This document shows, piece after piece, positions 28,199 to 38,272 of a stretch of DNA of 64,000 nt. Source of the DNA: Sulfolobales archaeon. GTDB taxonomy: Archaea > Thermoproteota > Thermoprotei_A > Sulfolobales > NBVN01. Each line of letters opens with the position of its first letter. The stretch's first letter is position 1. The DNA lies in NCBI GenBank assembly GCA_038841535.1, contig JAWBTQ010000004.1, forward strand, positions 64,316-128,315. The letters are read 5' to 3'. A program made the translations under genes and the position numbers. The notes below the pieces were generated by a model. That model searched no databases. It was not told where the DNA came from and saw only the letters and a program-made list of their open reading frames with translations.

Positions 28199-28771
28199 TT
28201 ACCAGAATCCTACGAACCCGAGGATGAGGCCTATGACAGCGAATAACCCCACCACAACGAGAGGCTCTACTCGGAATACTTCAATGAGGATTAGCGAGGT
28301 AGATGTCAATAAGATAGTAACTATTGTTTGAGTATGTGATAGTCCTCTAAAGGTTCCTCTTGCTAGAGTAAGTACCGCAACTAAAATAAGGCTGAGCGCA
28401 GCAATTCTAACTCCTTTAAGCAGATTTTTAACTAGAGGATGCTGATAATAGTGATGTAGTACTGTAATAACTGTGAGTGCGATTAAGAAAGTTGGAATGA
28501 CTACAGCTATTATCGCTACTAGAGACCCAATTAACCCAGCAACTCTATATCCAACGAAAGTTGCCATCTTGACAGTTATGGGACCTGGGATGCCTTCTGT
28601 TAGTGCTACTAAGTCTATGAACTCTGCTTCCACAAGCAGTTTTCTGTTCTCCACAAGCTCGTATTTCAAGGTTGGAATAACTACGTGACCACCTCCGAAC
28701 ATGATAAGCCCAGCTTTAAGGAAGGCGATAAAAAGGTCTAGTATGTCTTTAGGTAGGTGTTCCACTGTCAC
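28199..28771 (-). CDS. Short-chain chromate transporter (CHR family)
   Basis: FLKAG..FGGG and IPGP motifs; hydrophobic helices. Confidence 0.85.
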   Translation of the reverse strand: MTVEHLPKDILDLFIAFLKAGLIMFGGGHVVIPTLKYELVENRKLLVEAEFIDLVALTEGIPGPITVKMATFVGYRVAGLIGSLVAIIAVVIPTFLIALTVITVLHHYYQHPLVKNLLKGVRIAALSLILVAVLTLARGTFRGLSHTQTIVTILLTSTSLILIEVFRVEPLVVVGLFAVIGLILGFVGFW

Positions 28772-29257
28772 ACCGACACCTTAATGAGATCTCGTTTATT
28801 AAAGTTAGTGATTCTAGGTGGGATTTCCAATAAGCTTATCTAAGCAAGCAGATAACGGGAAGTTCCGCAGACACCCACACCTAAACCGTATAAGGCTCAG
28901 GTTTCCAAGGTTTTAACGCCTTCATTGCGGTTATGATCTCATTTCACGTAATTGCTTTACTCTAGTTCTCTTGCTGTTTCAGTAAGTTATGTCGATATCC
29001 TGATGGGACTGTGTACTTACGGTGGTTTCAAACTCAAGAGACTTGAAGCTAGCTGTGAGGAGGATTCGGGTAAACCGCGGAGAACATCCATATGGTGACA
29101 TTGATTAACCTATGACGTAGACAGTTTCAGTATTCAGCTAGGTCGCTGTGTTGTGGTGTCAGTAGAGCAAGGCGGGAACAAGTGCTTTAACTGAATAGAC
29201 TGCACGAGCGACTAATTCGGGTTATTACTTAAAAGTACTCACTTCCTTAGGTCTTCA

Positions 29258-29749
29258 ATGGTGCCAGTACTGATAGGTAGAAGTAGGCTGACGAGGATTT
29301 TGTACGACATGAAGATGTTGAGGCGTAGACTAGAGCTACTAGAAGTAAGGTTAGAGAGAAGTTTAGAAAACATGAAGAGTAAAGCGGCTGAAAACGGTAT
29401 AATTAGGTCGTATAGTAACGCCATAAGACAAATCAGGTTTGTTGTATACGCCTTAGAGGTCCTCGAGGTTAAACTAGAGAGCATTCTCGCATTAAACGCT
29501 ATGACTCAGGACCTAGTAGTAGTCAGGGAGGTTCTCAAAGAGTTAAGTAAAAGGGTTAGAAGCTTACCGGAAGTGTCAGCTATCTTAGATGACATAGGTG
29601 ATGGCATAGGTGACGTCATGGCTGAAATACCAGTATACATAGATCAGCAGGCAATAACAGTACGTCGAGAAGCCGCTAAGAAGATCCTCGAGGAGGCAGA
29701 GAGATTTATTGAGGCAGATAATAGTAAAGCCTCCCAAATCGCTAGCTAG
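29258..29749 (+). CDS. ESCRT-III/Snf7 (CdvB-paralogue)-like coiled-coil protein
   Basis: All-helical; LEVLEVKLES, LPEVSAIL and C-terminal EAAKKILEEA pattern typical of crenarchaeal CdvB homologues. Confidence 0.65.
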   Translation: MVPVLIGRSRLTRILYDMKMLRRRLELLEVRLERSLENMKSKAAENGIIRSYSNAIRQIRFVVYALEVLEVKLESILALNAMTQDLVVVREVLKELSKRVRSLPEVSAILDDIGDGIGDVMAEIPVYIDQQAITVRREAAKKILEEAERFIEADNSKASQIAS

Positions 29750-29943
29750 CCCCTTTCCCACGCAACAAGCATAGTCAGCCTCCAAGCCCCAGAAAGGATT
29801 TCTTGAAGAGCGTTATGACCCGATCTATTACGGTATACAGTATTAAGTGGGAATCTCTCTAGTACGTGATTAATTCTGTATAGGAGTCAAAAGAGCTTTA
29901 TAAAAGCATTACCCTAGAGGAGAAACACTTATACCTTATTGTT

Positions 29944-30618
29944 CTACGTCGTCTTGATGACGAATACGTCGTTCTTTTTCTCCAGTATTCCTAACTCTAC
30001 GAGTGTGTTTAGCGCTAACTTAAAGTACGCATCACCTACAAATATACCGTAGCTTTCTTCGAACTCTGTCTTGATCTCGTTGTAGGACCACTCCTTCTTT
30101 ATCTCCTTTTTCTCTAGTAGGATTCTTTTAATGAACTGCGTGGTGTCTTCATGTCTAGTCCATGGGTATTGGAACCAGATCCACTCCTTCACTTCAATGT
30201 AGTAGAAGTCTGGCTTAATTTTAGCTACTGGGGATATCCACTGAAGAGCCGCTATCTTCAGATCTCTAGGGTTCCACTCGGAAGCTATAAAGTCTTTTGC
30301 GAGTATCAGAGTATCTCCCGTATCAACTATGTCGTCAACTAGAAGAGCTCTTAGACCACTCAGGTCCACTTTGTAAGGAAACTTTATTAGAGCTTTTTCA
30401 GCTACTTTAGCGGCTTCAGTCCAGTGCTGGCTTTGTAACGATATCAGGTTATCTACTAACAGAAAGTCGCAAATCAGGCGAGCGGGAACGTAGCCTCCTC
30501 TAGATACGGCAACTACTACATCAGGTTTAAACCCGCTCCTCTTTATGGTTTCTGCAAGCCCCATGCTCCACTCGACTATCTCGTCCCAGGTAACTAGTTT
30601 CGTTGGTACTCTTACCAC
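29944..30618 (-). CDS. Purine phosphoribosyltransferase (xanthine/guanine type)
   Basis: VAVSRGG, LVDDIVDTGDT and WFQYPW motifs. Confidence 0.88.
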   Translation of the reverse strand: MVRVPTKLVTWDEIVEWSMGLAETIKRSGFKPDVVVAVSRGGYVPARLICDFLLVDNLISLQSQHWTEAAKVAEKALIKFPYKVDLSGLRALLVDDIVDTGDTLILAKDFIASEWNPRDLKIAALQWISPVAKIKPDFYYIEVKEWIWFQYPWTRHEDTTQFIKRILLEKKEIKKEWSYNEIKTEFEESYGIFVGDAYFKLALNTLVELGILEKKNDVFVIKTT

Positions 30619-30823
30619 AGATAACCACCAAAATAGTGAATAGAGTCGTAAACATATTTAAAGATAGCTACTAGTGTGATTAGACGTCTAAATGAGTTAT
30701 GATACGTGAATCAAGTCGCTAATGCGTGAATAAGGGTTCTTCACAGCATATATCTTTTTGGTAGGCTACAGAGTTTGGGGATGAATTATCAGCGGAAGCG
30801 AAGTAGAGTTACGAGTAGAGAGC

Positions 30824-32971
30824 GTGGGACCTCGCGACGTAGGCAGAAAGATCGCTAGAGTCCCTAGGAAGTATATGGAAGTTTTGGGAGTCGGCTATGG
30901 GGATTTCGTCGAAGTCGAGGGTCCTAGGTCTTCAGTAATACTTCAAGTAAGACCTGCGTATCCGGAGGATGAAGGATCGAATGTCGTTAGGATAGATGGT
31001 TATACTCGAGAGGCTATAGGTGTGTCTATAGGGGATTACGTTACTGTCAGGAGAGTTAGGGTAGTCAAAGGGCAGAGAGTCATAATAGCCCCAATAGACT
31101 TTAGGTTAGAAGCTCCGGAGCAGTTTGCTAGCTTCGTTAAAGAGAGGCTCTTAAACAAAGCAGTTAAAAAAGGTGAGATAATATTCGTAAGTCTTCCCTA
31201 CTATGCTGAACCCTTTAGGTTCGTTGTTAAATCATGCGACCCGGCACAGGTAGTATTCATAGACTACGACACGAGGCTGGATGTCAGCCCAGAACCAGTA
31301 ACGATCGAGGCTCTTGAGAGGTTGAGAGGTGTTCCAAGAGTAACTTGGGAGGATATCGGGGATCTAGAGGAAGTAAAGGAGAGAATTCGCGAGATGGTAG
31401 AACTCCCATTAAAACACCCGGAGTTCTTCAAGCACCTGGGCATAGAGCCTCCCAAAGGTGTGCTGCTGTACGGTCCCCCTGGCGTTGGGAAGACTCTCCT
31501 CGCTAAAGCCTTAGCTAACGAAATAGGTGCTTACTTTATAGCGATAAACGGCCCCGAGATTATGAGTAAGTACTATGGAGAGTCCGAGGCGAGACTCAGG
31601 GAGATATTTGATGAGGCTCAAAAGAACGCACCTGCGATAATATTTATAGACGAGATCGATGCGATAGCACCTAAGCGAGAGGAGGTTGTTGGTGAAGTAG
31701 AGAAAAGGGTAGTATCTCAATTACTTACACTAATGGACGGACTTAAGGAGAGAGGTAAGGTTATCGTCATTGGAGCTACAAATAGAGTTGATGCTGTTGA
31801 TCCCGCACTAAGAAGACCTGGCAGATTTGATAGAGAGATCGAAATTCCCCCACCCGATAAACATGCTCGAAGGTCAATTCTTGAAGTACACACAAGAAAC
31901 ATACCTCTACTAGATGACGTCAACTTAGATGGACTAGCTAATATCACGCACGGCTTTACTGGAGCAGACTTAGCGGCTCTAGTTAAGGAGGCAGCTATGA
32001 ATGCTCTCAGAAGGTTTCTTAAAAACGAGAGAGTGGACTTAAGTAAGCCAGTACCTCCAGAGCTACTAGAGAAGTTGAAGGTAACTCAGCAAGATTTCTT
32101 AGAGGCACTAAAGGTAGTGCATCCAACGCTTATGCGTGAGGTACTAGTTGAGGTACCAGAAGTCCACTGGGATGATATTGGAGGTCTAGACTCGGTGAAA
32201 CAGGCTTTAAAGGAAGCTGTAGAGTGGCCTTTAAAGCACCCAGAAGTATTCGAGAAGATGGGTATAAGACCTCCGAGGGGGATTCTTCTTTATGGACCTC
32301 CAGGCTGTGGTAAGACCCTACTAGCTAAAGCTGTAGCTACGGAAGCCAACGCGAACTTTATTGCCATAAAGGGTCCAGAGATCCTCAGCAAGTGGGTGGG
32401 AGAGTCTGAGAAAGCTATAAGAGAGATCTTTAGGAGGGCTAGGCAGGTTGCACCGACAGTAGTATTCTTTGATGAGATCGATGCCATAGTCCCGGTCAGG
32501 GGGATGAGGCACGATACTGAGGTAACGGATAGAATAGTTAACCAACTTCTAGCTGAGCTAGATGGTATTCAAAACTTAAAGAATGTCGTAGTACTAGGTG
32601 CAACAAATAGAGTAGATCTCATAGATCCAGCCCTACTTAGGCCTGGAAGATTCGATAGGGTGATCTATGTGCCACCACCCGATAAAAGAGCTAGGTACGA
32701 AATACTTAAGATCCATACGAGAAACGTGCCGCTGGGTATGGACATAGATCTCGAAAGGATCGCTGAGTTGACTGAGGGATATAGTGGAGCTGACCTCGAG
32801 GCGCTTGTAAGAGAGGCCGTCATGATGGCGCTTAGGGAGAGTTTCTCAGTGAGACCAGTCGAGAACAAGTACTTCCTAGAGGCTATGAAGATCGTAAAGC
32901 CGTCTCTAACTAATGAGATAATTAACAAGTACGAGAGGCTCTACAGTGACTTAAAGAAGTTCATAATATAA
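30824..32971 (+). CDS. cdc48: CDC48/VCP family AAA+ ATPase (homology extends in frame to about 30785)
   Basis: N-domain plus two AAA modules ([28 protein letters not shown]). Confidence 0.95.
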   Translation: MGPRDVGRKIARVPRKYMEVLGVGYGDFVEVEGPRSSVILQVRPAYPEDEGSNVVRIDGYTREAIGVSIGDYVTVRRVRVVKGQRVIIAPIDFRLEAPEQFASFVKERLLNKAVKKGEIIFVSLPYYAEPFRFVVKSCDPAQVVFIDYDTRLDVSPEPVTIEALERLRGVPRVTWEDIGDLEEVKERIREMVELPLKHPEFFKHLGIEPPKGVLLYGPPGVGKTLLAKALANEIGAYFIAINGPEIMSKYYGESEARLREIFDEAQKNAPAIIFIDEIDAIAPKREEVVGEVEKRVVSQLLTLMDGLKERGKVIVIGATNRVDAVDPALRRPGRFDREIEIPPPDKHARRSILEVHTRNIPLLDDVNLDGLANITHGFTGADLAALVKEAAMNALRRFLKNERVDLSKPVPPELLEKLKVTQQDFLEALKVVHPTLMREVLVEVPEVHWDDIGGLDSVKQALKEAVEWPLKHPEVFEKMGIRPPRGILLYGPPGCGKTLLAKAVATEANANFIAIKGPEILSKWVGESEKAIREIFRRARQVAPTVVFFDEIDAIVPVRGMRHDTEVTDRIVNQLLAELDGIQNLKNVVVLGATNRVDLIDPALLRPGRFDRVIYVPPPDKRARYEILKIHTRNVPLGMDIDLERIAELTEGYSGADLEALVREAVMMALRESFSVRPVENKYFLEAMKIVKPSLTNEIINKYERLYSDLKKFII

Positions 32972-32977
32972 GAGTCC

Positions 32978-33421
32978 ATGGACCTGGTGCTGTCGTTGGA
33001 CGTTATAACCCTTTATAGAAACCTGGAGAGCAACATCCTCAGGAGAGATACTATAGGCAAGAAGTTAAAGAGGAGTTGCAGTAAGCCGCTGAAAAATGAA
33101 GAGCTATTGAAGGTCTTAGAACAAGTCAAACTCCTCAGGTCGTCGAGAAAAGCTCTCACGAAAATCTTGAGTAAGCTCAGAGAGCATGAAAACTTTGAAG
33201 GCTTCGAAGAGCCTTTGACCACGATCATAGAGTACATGTACGCTGTTGGAGTTCACGTAGAGAGAGAAGTATTGCTCAGTGTTGCTGAAATGCTCAAAAG
33301 ACATCAAAGCACTAAGGACTACGCTGAGGAAATCTTGAATGTAGATATGGCAGAGATAGATAAGCTTTCAGAGGACTTAAAGGCTACTTACGCAACAATT
33401 AGATCGAGGCTAAGGACTTGA
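32978..33421 (+). CDS. Hypothetical helical protein, co-transcribed with cdc48
   Basis: 6-bp gap to cdc48; overlaps the next ORF. Confidence 0.65.
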   Translation: MDLVLSLDVITLYRNLESNILRRDTIGKKLKRSCSKPLKNEELLKVLEQVKLLRSSRKALTKILSKLREHENFEGFEEPLTTIIEYMYAVGVHVEREVLLSVAEMLKRHQSTKDYAEEILNVDMAEIDKLSEDLKATYATIRSRLRT

Positions 33422-33801
33422 GTGCCTGTCCATGGTATAAGGAAGGTCGCTGTACGTCCCCGCTATTAGATGAGTCCTCGGCAGACGTGGTTAACAAAGT
33501 TCAGTGCCTTGGCGGTCACGAGGTTTATACTCAGTGTAGGTACTATCGCGAGACTCAGGGTGTCTCGGAAGGAAGTTACGACATATTTGGTAAACCGTTC
33601 CTCATGGTACACGGAATTGATAAACCACCAGAGGTATTGTGCGAGTTCACTAAGGTTTTTAAGCATGAGCAGGGGAAGTATCTTGTTGGGTGCCTCGTTC
33701 TTAAAAGATTCCTAGGGATACATGAATTAAGTCAGTGCAGTACCCACTGGAAGAACTGTCCTTACAGGAGAATAGGTCTCAAACTAGGTGTAAGGCTTTA
33801 G
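33418..33801 (+). CDS. Cys-rich hypothetical protein (two putative 4-Cys metal sites)
   Basis: CPWY..GRC...C...CRYY and CEF...GC...C...CPY. Confidence 0.65.
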   Translation: MSACPWYKEGRCTSPLLDESSADVVNKVQCLGGHEVYTQCRYYRETQGVSEGSYDIFGKPFLMVHGIDKPPEVLCEFTKVFKHEQGKYLVGCLVLKRFLGIHELSQCSTHWKNCPYRRIGLKLGVRL

Positions 33802-33829
33802 TGCTTGAGCGTCAAAGCGACGGATCAGG

Positions 33830-34771
33830 CTAGTTCGTATATCCGAGGAAGTTGTCCCAGCCTCCTTTAAGCTCGTGACTCTCGAGGTAGATCCTACCTA
33901 CACCCTTAACCGTTCGTCCCACTCTAGTTGCAGGCAAGTCAAGATCTCCAGCTACCGATATAACGGTATACTCTTCACCCATAAGGCTCAGTAAGCGGTT
34001 TAACTCCACTCTCTCCTCTCTTGAAAACTCTATAACTTCAGAACATATGGCTTCGTACGATAAAACGAGGTCGGAACCACTCTTTTCGAGTACTCTGCGT
34101 ACTGAACTAAGTCCATCGCTTATATCTGTCGACGCTTCCACGAGATCTGAGTACGTGAGGAACTTTAGTGGGGGCTCTGGTTTGGCAACAGCTTTGAGTA
34201 CGTCCTTCCATGGGCTGAAGTCTTTTTTAAGGTAGTAGAGTGCTGCCGGTATAGACGATAAACCTAGGCACTTTACTGAGTAAACCGTAAGATCCGCTCT
34301 AAATGGTGTACTTGGCTTAGGTCTGTGGCTAACCCCGATGGATGCGACATCTACTACTACATCACTATGACTGAGCCTATTTATGTCGCCGCCAACGTAT
34401 AATGACCCTGTCGATTCAGCAAGCTCCCTCATACCTGCCACTATGTTTAAGACTATTTCTAATTGCGAGCTACCGCTTATAGTTATGGAGGATGCGAGCA
34501 GTAATGGTTTAGAGTTTTTAGCTACTAAGTCTGTAATTGCTGAAAGAGCCACTCTATAGCCAAATTCACTAAATGTTAGCCATGGATACATGGATGAGCC
34601 AGCGGTTGTTCCATCGATCTTTAGAAACACCCATAACCCATCCACAAGGACTGCTTGCGCATCATCACCGACCCCAAAGACTTCGGGCTTCTTTTCCTTA
34701 AGGTGGTCTCTCACTAATTTCGAGATGTATTCTACGACCTTAAGCTCTCCAAGTTCCTCTAGCTTCTCCAT
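33830..34771 (-). CDS. thiL: Thiamine-monophosphate kinase (ThiL/AIRS family)
   Basis: LGE, GDDA, KIDG, GGDIN, DISDGL, GEEY and GWDNF motifs. Confidence 0.8.
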   Translation of the reverse strand: MEKLEELGELKVVEYISKLVRDHLKEKKPEVFGVGDDAQAVLVDGLWVFLKIDGTTAGSSMYPWLTFSEFGYRVALSAITDLVAKNSKPLLLASSITISGSSQLEIVLNIVAGMRELAESTGSLYVGGDINRLSHSDVVVDVASIGVSHRPKPSTPFRADLTVYSVKCLGLSSIPAALYYLKKDFSPWKDVLKAVAKPEPPLKFLTYSDLVEASTDISDGLSSVRRVLEKSGSDLVLSYEAICSEVIEFSREERVELNRLLSLMGEEYTVISVAGDLDLPATRVGRTVKGVGRIYLESHELKGGWDNFLGYTN

Positions 34772-36240
34772 CTTTCGGGAGACCTCAAGCGCTTTTCAAT
34801 AAACCACAGCGTTCCATCCTTAGTGTCAGCTAATCTTATACCCAGCTTCCCAAGCTCTGACCTAATCCAGTCGGACTCCTCAAACATTCTCTTTGCTCTC
34901 AGTCTCGATCTAACTTCAACTACTAGCTTGATTAACTCCTCTAACTCGTCCGACGCTTGAATTATCCCCTCTCTAGGAGGTAGGACACCCATGATCCTGT
35001 CCATATTTTCCAAGGTCGACAAGGCCTTAAAGGCTAGGGAGTTGTTGTCTGAAGTCATTACCTCTGCGTTAGCAATACTGAGGAGTTTGTGAAGAGCAGC
35101 AAGTGCTCTAGGCGAGTTTAGGTCATTATCTAGCGACTCTACGAACTCCCTCCACGTTCGTGATATGGAGATCCACGTCTTGAGCTCTTTCTCATCTAGC
35201 TTGTGTTCTATAGGTCTTTCCTTCACCATCTTCACGAGCACGTGATGCGTGTTTAAGACCTTCTTGAAGACGGTGCGGGCCTGCTCCAGTGCTTCCTCCT
35301 TGTAGTCTAGCGGCTTTCTGTAGTGTGCTGAAAAAATCCAAAGTCTTAATACTTCAGGACCCCAGGCTTTCACCGCATCAGTAAGCCTAATGATATTGCC
35401 GAGACTCTTACTCATTTTTTCACCTACAATAGTTAAAGGTCCTACGTGGACCCAGTACCTAACCCAGGGGGACTTACCAAAGTACGACTCACTCTGTGCT
35501 CTCTCGTTCTCGTGATGTGGAAATATTAGGTCTTGCCCTCCACCATGTATATCTAGCGTATCTCCCAAGTACTTTGAGCTCATAACGCTGCACTCTATAT
35601 GCCAGCCCGGCCTTCCCGGACCCCAAGGTGAGTACCAGAAGGGTTCTCCAGGTTTCGCCGCCTTCCAAAGAGCGAAATCAAACGGATTTTTCTTCTCAGA
35701 CAAGAACTCATCCTCCTGCCTCCACTCTTCCGTATTCACTCTTCCGCTCAATCTTCCATAATCTCTATAAGAAGTTATATCGAAGTATACTGACCCACTG
35801 GGAGCTACATACGCGTGACCTCTATCTATCAGCACTTTGATGAACTCGATTATATCCTCTATGTGCTCGGTAACTTTCGGGTGGATATCTACCTCGATTC
35901 TCAATTCCCTTAATAGACTAAGGTACTCATCTATGTATATCTTGGCAACCTCGTGCCACTCTACTCCAAGCTCCTTAGCTCTCTTAATGATCTTATCATC
36001 TATGTCGGTAATGTTCTGCACGTAAAAGACGTTGTATCCATTCAGCATCAAGTACCTTCTCATAAAGTCAAACGAGACGAAAGCTCTGGCATGTCCTAGG
36101 TGTAAGTGGTCATAGGGGGTAGGTCCACAGAAATAGGCTTTAACCACACCCACTTCACTCGGCTTGAACTCCTCCAGTTCCTTTGTGAGAGTATTGTAAA
36201 TCCTTAGCACAAATTTCGACCACCAAACACTTTTAGGCAA
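34759..36240 (-). CDS. cysS: Cysteinyl-tRNA synthetase
   Basis: CGPTPY, HLGH, GRPGWHIECS, FPHHENE and KMSKS motifs. Confidence 0.97.
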   Translation of the reverse strand: MPKSVWWSKFVLRIYNTLTKELEEFKPSEVGVVKAYFCGPTPYDHLHLGHARAFVSFDFMRRYLMLNGYNVFYVQNITDIDDKIIKRAKELGVEWHEVAKIYIDEYLSLLRELRIEVDIHPKVTEHIEDIIEFIKVLIDRGHAYVAPSGSVYFDITSYRDYGRLSGRVNTEEWRQEDEFLSEKKNPFDFALWKAAKPGEPFWYSPWGPGRPGWHIECSVMSSKYLGDTLDIHGGGQDLIFPHHENERAQSESYFGKSPWVRYWVHVGPLTIVGEKMSKSLGNIIRLTDAVKAWGPEVLRLWIFSAHYRKPLDYKEEALEQARTVFKKVLNTHHVLVKMVKERPIEHKLDEKELKTWISISRTWREFVESLDNDLNSPRALAALHKLLSIANAEVMTSDNNSLAFKALSTLENMDRIMGVLPPREGIIQASDELEELIKLVVEVRSRLRAKRMFEESDWIRSELGKLGIRLADTKDGTLWFIEKRLRSPERWRS

Positions 36241-36265
36241 GTAGAGTAAAAAGCTTCACACTAAA

Positions 36266-36349
36266 TCCCGCCGGGGGGATTCGAACCCCCGACCACCCGG
36301 TATCGGCCCCACACTACAGCCGGGCGCTCTGCCGCTGAGCTACGGCGGG
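36266..36349 (-). tRNA. tRNA-Tyr(GTA) with 12-nt intron at 37/38 (36302-36313), CCA not encoded
   Basis: C1-G72 acceptor CCCGCCG/CGGCGGG, anticodon arm CCCGG-CT-GTA-G[intron]A-CCGGG, GGTTCGAATCC T-arm; TTTATAAG TATA at 36374-36381. Confidence 0.93.
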
Positions 36350-36659
36350 TCCAAATCAAAATTCCTGTTTCAACTTATAAAGATTTGCACGTGATAACTC
36401 GTTCACGAGCTCTAGTCTCTAGTAACTATACCTATAGTCACACTCAGAGACAATGTTATGTTAAGCTACTGTTTTCTCTGCTGAGTGATTATTGCTACCG
36501 ACTGTAGTAGCTCTCTAAAGATATAGCGAAAAGCTTTTTAACCAACTCATTAATAGTCAATATACTTTCGCACGCAAATTTAAAATGATTGATGCTAGAA
36601 CTTATAAGCTATAATGAACTTAAAAATCTTCAGAGTGCATAATATATGGGGTGGTGTAA

Positions 36660-37079
36660 GTGGTAAAAAATTCCTCAGTTGTTTATGAGGACAGCGATAT
36701 CATCGTTGTACGGGCACCAAGTGATGAGGAGCTTGAAAGGATAGTTAAGGACATTATGTATAGGCGTGGAAGACCTGTATCGTGGAGAGAGTTGCGGAGA
36801 GAGTTAAGCGGTGTTGTTGGTGAAGACAGGTTAAGGAAAGTCTTAATACGATTAATAGAGCGAGACGAGATTGTGGAGATGATAGACGGCACTTTCGGTC
36901 TTAAGGGCATGGAGGAGACGTACATACCTGTTAAGACTAAGAAGAGGGTTAGACCTCTAGTCCCCTCGAAGTTTAGGAGAAGGTGGGGTCACTTAGTGGA
37001 AGCTACTGGAAGTATCTCGGCAGCTATCCAGTACCTAATAGACATGAAGCTTAAAGAGAGAAAGGCTAAACCGAGATAG
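36660..37079 (+). CDS. Winged-helix DNA-binding protein
   Basis: RPVSWRELRRELSG..GEDRLRKVLIRL..DGTF wHTH pattern; basic C-terminus. Confidence 0.65.
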   Translation: MVKNSSVVYEDSDIIVVRAPSDEELERIVKDIMYRRGRPVSWRELRRELSGVVGEDRLRKVLIRLIERDEIVEMIDGTFGLKGMEETYIPVKTKKRVRPLVPSKFRRRWGHLVEATGSISAAIQYLIDMKLKERKAKPR

Positions 37080-37082
37080 GCC

Positions 37083-37232
37083 ATGTGCGAGAAAGCTACT
37101 ATAAAGATCAAGGAAAAAGTCGCTCTTATTACAACAGAGAAAAACTCTCAAGCCATAGTTCCGCTGGATAAGCTGTGTAAGTTCATAGAGAGACTGCAAA
37201 TATGTCTAGATGACCCGAGGATCAAGTGCTGA
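37083..37232 (+). CDS. 49-aa small protein MCEKATIKIKEKVALITTEKNSQAIVPLDKLCKFIERLQICLDDPRIKC (not in ORF track)
   Basis: ATG 3 bp after the wHTH stop; open to TGA at 37230-37232; fills the gap before the convergent gene. Confidence 0.6.
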   Translation: MCEKATIKIKEKVALITTEKNSQAIVPLDKLCKFIERLQICLDDPRIKC

Positions 37233-37257
37233 TACTATTTTGATAGGGAGCTATACG

Positions 37258-38250
37258 CTACATCTTAAAGTATTCGTAGAGAGCTCTTAGAAATCTTAAG
37301 TTATTTTCCCTAGATGAAATACTTACCCTAATGTAATTTCTTATTAGTTCGTCGTCATATGATCTCACCTTAATGCCTTTCTCGACTAAGTACTTAGCCA
37401 AAGACCTTCCAGTAGTAGGTAGCTTGACAAATAGGAAGTTGGTTCTCGAATCTAGAGCATTAAGACCGAGTTCTACTAAACTCTCTCTTAACTCTTCCCG
37501 CAGCTCAATAACTCTGCTAACTATTTCCTCCATATACTTTATGTCTTCGAGAGCCCCTAAAGCTGCGGCAAGAGAGGTAATAGCGACTGAGAACAGAGCA
37601 GTGCGCCTTTTAAGTTCTCTCAGTAATTCTGGGTTAGCTATCGCGTAGCCCACTCTAGCACCTGCTAGTGAAAATGCTTTGGAGAAAGTTCTAACTACTA
37701 CGAGATTGTCGTAGTTCGTAACTTTATCTGCGACAGTAAACTTCGAGAACTCAAAGTAGGCCTCATCTACTACTACAAGTCCGAATCTATTGACAAGAAA
37801 ATCCAAGGTCTCTTCTTCTTGAAATAGCATGTTTGACGTCGGGTTATTGGGGTTAGCTAAGTAAAGAGCTTTATTTGAGCTACCTTCTCTAGCGATCTTA
37901 ACTAAATCTAGCTCAAACGATCCAGGGATTAAGTTAATTAGGTCGACATCAACATTCTCTACTTGAGCGAACTCTATAAACCCATGGAAGCTCGGCCACA
38001 CAGACGATAGTCTAAGTCCTCTTGATCTACAGAACCTAATTATCGACATGAGAACTTCTGAGGAGCTCGGAAATACACCTACGTACTCCTCAGGTAGCTT
38101 AACGTAATCTGAGAGCTTCTTTAAGAATTCTCTTTCTAGCTCCTCTACGTGATACAGGTTCAATACACTAACGTACTTAGAGATATATGTACTAACTAGT
38201 TTGCTCGGTTCAAAAGGTGATTCGTTTAAGTGCATTCTGGCTGTTCGCAC
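37258..38250 (-). CDS. Class I/II PLP aminotransferase (HisC/CobD-like)
   Basis: HLNESPF, NPNNPT, DEAYFEF and RTFSKAFSLAGARVGY motifs. Confidence 0.88.
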   Translation of the reverse strand: MRTARMHLNESPFEPSKLVSTYISKYVSVLNLYHVEELEREFLKKLSDYVKLPEEYVGVFPSSSEVLMSIIRFCRSRGLRLSSVWPSFHGFIEFAQVENVDVDLINLIPGSFELDLVKIAREGSSNKALYLANPNNPTSNMLFQEEETLDFLVNRFGLVVVDEAYFEFSKFTVADKVTNYDNLVVVRTFSKAFSLAGARVGYAIANPELLRELKRRTALFSVAITSLAAALGALEDIKYMEEIVSRVIELREELRESLVELGLNALDSRTNFLFVKLPTTGRSLAKYLVEKGIKVRSYDDELIRNYIRVSISSRENNLRFLRALYEYFKM

Positions 38251-38272
38251 GGCTTAACCCCTAAGCAGATAG

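Noticed and set aside
36266-37232. Integrated element at tRNA-Tyr or tRNA-Glu
   Set aside because: No integrase and no duplicated tRNA 3' end (att site) seen; neighbours are housekeeping genes.
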